This document shows positions 60,777 to 64,000 of a stretch of 64,000 nt of DNA, piece by piece; the stretch's first letter is position 1; each line of letters opens with the position of its first letter. The stretch is from Solirubrobacterales bacterium (GTDB lineage Bacteria > Actinomycetota > Thermoleophilia > Solirubrobacterales > 70-9): contig JBIOZP010000049.1 in assembly GCA_044871225.1 (NCBI GenBank), forward strand, positions 36,766-100,765, in the 5' to 3' direction. The position numbers and the translations under genes are program-made. The notes below the pieces were generated by a model. That model was not told where the DNA came from, searched no databases, and was given only the letters and a program-made list of their open reading frames with translations.

Positions 60777-62039
60777 ATGCGGGGACGGTGGCTGGCGATT
60801 GCGTTGGCGGGAATCGCGTGCGCGGCGCTGGCGGTGCCCGACCTCTCCTCCGCAGCGATCTCTCGCTCGCGCCTGCGTCACCAGCTCGCCGAGCAGATGC
60901 AGCGGGCCGGCGGGGCGAGCGGCGCCTACGTCGTGGACCTCGACGCCGCTCACAATGGCGCCCTGTTCAGCGCTTCCTCGCGGCGGCGGCGGATCCTGGC
61001 CTCGAACACGAAACTGTTCACGATCGCCGCGCTGTTCGACCGCTTCACGGCCAAGAGCACCTTGAAGACCAAGGTGTACGCGCGACCGCGCAACGCGGTC
61101 CGGGGCCCTACCCTCCGCGGCAGCCTGGTGCTCGTGGGGGCGGGGGACCCCGCGCTGGGGCGGGCCGACTTCGCCCGCCGCAACGGGTTGCCGCTGACGC
61201 CGCTCGGGCCGCTCGCAAACGCACTGCGCCGAGCCGGGATCAAGCGGGTCACCGGGCAGGTCCGAGCGGACGACTCGATCTTCGATCGTCGCCGCGGAGT
61301 GCCCACGGCGGGCGTGGACGCGTCCGGCGAGCTGTCCCCGCTCTCGGGACTCTCATACGACTCCGGGCTCATCCACGGCCACTACGCGAAGAACCCCGAG
61401 CTCGTCGCCGCGCGGGCCCTGAGGCGAAAGCTTCGCGCCACGGGCGTGTTCGTCAAGGGCGGCGTCGGCCGCGCCGACCTGCCGGCGAGGGCGTTGCGCA
61501 AGCGACCGCTCGGGAGCGTCGCCTCCCCCAGGATCAAGCGCCTGGCCGCCGAGACGCTGAAGCCGTCGAACAACTTCTTCGCCGAGATGCTGCTGAAGCG
61601 CCTCGCTGCCTCCCGGCGCGGGGCCAAGGGCACGACGCGGCGGGGCGCTCGCAGGGTCGAGAGATTCGCCCGCAAGCTCGGCACCGGCATCCGGATGAGG
61701 AACGGATCGGGCCTGTCCCGATCGAATCGCGCCTCCCCGCGTGAGGTCGTGCGGCTGCTGGCGGCGATCAAGAGGCGGCCCGGGGCCGCCACCTACCGGC
61801 GCTCGCTGCCGCTTGCGGGCGAGGAGGGCACGGTCGCCCAGCGCATGAACGGGACCGCCGCCGACGGGCGTTGCCGGACCAAGACCGGGACCCTGGTCGG
61901 GGTCAGCACCCTGTCCGGGTACTGCCGCGCGGGCCACGGCCAGGTCGCGTTCTCGATCCTCATGAACTCGGTGGACATCGCCGCCGCGCACCGCGCGCAG
62001 GACCGGATGGTGGCGCTGATCGCCCGCTACCGCCGCTAG
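60777..62039 (+). CDS. dacB: D-alanyl-D-alanine carboxypeptidase/endopeptidase (PBP4, peptidase S13)
   Basis: 420 aa from ATG 60777 with a signal peptide (MRGRWLAIALAGIACAALAVP). Motifs SxxK (ASNTKL), SxN (GSGLSRSN) and KTG (RTKTGTL). Confidence 0.85.
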   Translation: MRGRWLAIALAGIACAALAVPDLSSAAISRSRLRHQLAEQMQRAGGASGAYVVDLDAAHNGALFSASSRRRRILASNTKLFTIAALFDRFTAKSTLKTKVYARPRNAVRGPTLRGSLVLVGAGDPALGRADFARRNGLPLTPLGPLANALRRAGIKRVTGQVRADDSIFDRRRGVPTAGVDASGELSPLSGLSYDSGLIHGHYAKNPELVAARALRRKLRATGVFVKGGVGRADLPARALRKRPLGSVASPRIKRLAAETLKPSNNFFAEMLLKRLAASRRGAKGTTRRGARRVERFARKLGTGIRMRNGSGLSRSNRASPREVVRLLAAIKRRPGAATYRRSLPLAGEEGTVAQRMNGTAADGRCRTKTGTLVGVSTLSGYCRAGHGQVAFSILMNSVDIAAAHRAQDRMVALIARYRR

Positions 62040-62067
62040 GGAGCCGGGCTCGGCTGGGCGAGTGCGG

Positions 62068-62094
62068 GATTGGGCACCGTATGGGTACCCAATC
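62068..62094. terminator. hairpin between convergent dacB and ligA
   Basis: GATTGGGCACC-gtatg-GGTACCCAATC: a 7-bp stem, one mismatch, then 3 further bp. Confidence 0.4.
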
Positions 62095-62169
62095 GCTCAC
62101 TCAGGAGATGGCCCGCCACAGCGGACGATCGCTTCCTTACCCAGCCGGCGTTTGAGTCGGAGCCCACCG

Positions 62170-64000
<1,831 letters not shown>

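Overview
This is a very GC-rich, densely coding chromosomal segment; third codon positions are almost all G/C. The gene content (coproheme decarboxylase HemQ/ChdC, FprA-type reductase, DUF3618/Holin-X-type membrane proteins) suggests an Actinomycetota-like genome, but that is an inference. All calls rest on reading the ORF track and sequence by eye and recognising motifs; no searches were run. I can support about 60 protein genes, one tRNA-Pro(CGG), one gene remnant and several repeats and palindromes.

Gene order:
- PQQ sugar dehydrogenases, an aldehyde dehydrogenase, and a split putA (proline dehydrogenase plus P5C dehydrogenase).
- Convergent metE, coupled to a GT4/flippase-like fusion and a large polytopic membrane protein.
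- A haem/Fe-S redox block: hemQ, fprA, bolA, CGFS glutaredoxin, an IscA-type protein and a Grx-like protein.
- degV.
- A long minus-strand gene chain: BKACE, family III CoA-transferase, MerR, nitrilase-family hydrolase, TetR, alpha/beta hydrolase, DUF4235, Holin-X, DUF3618, AI-2E transporter.
- Divergent acyl-CoA operons: carboxyltransferase, crotonase, two acyl-CoA dehydrogenases, SnoaL-like protein and SDRs.
- MBL hydrolase, plsC, glpK, a GT2, and a lone BCCP-like protein coupled to a ScpB-like crotonase.
- Sulfatase and a GH3 hydrolase.
- bioBFD and bioA, separated by a marR-MFS pair.
- ECF sigma factor with a DUF4349 protein, then rubredoxin, NUDIX, PNPOx-like protein and sodA.
- tRNA-Pro, a DsbA-like protein, fadD, an internally duplicated membrane protein, a patatin-like lipase, PBP4 and partial ligA.

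I saw no CRISPR array, rRNA, transposase, integrase or recognisable defence genes.

Most interesting observations:
- A 39-nt compound palindrome occurs twice, in inverted orientation, bracketing the acyl-CoA operons.
- The Liu/Atu-like acyl-CoA cluster has a BKACE and a CoA-transferase, but no biotin carboxylase or lyase.
- A SnoaL-like gene has a conserved N-terminus with no canonical start codon.
- A GT4-flippase fusion with its membrane partner is translationally coupled to metE.
- Degenerate tandem repeats lie beside tRNA-Pro.
- An unannotated 27-codon hydrophobic ORF sits just upstream of a duplicated membrane protein.

Many long alternative-frame ORFs in the track are high-GC artefacts.
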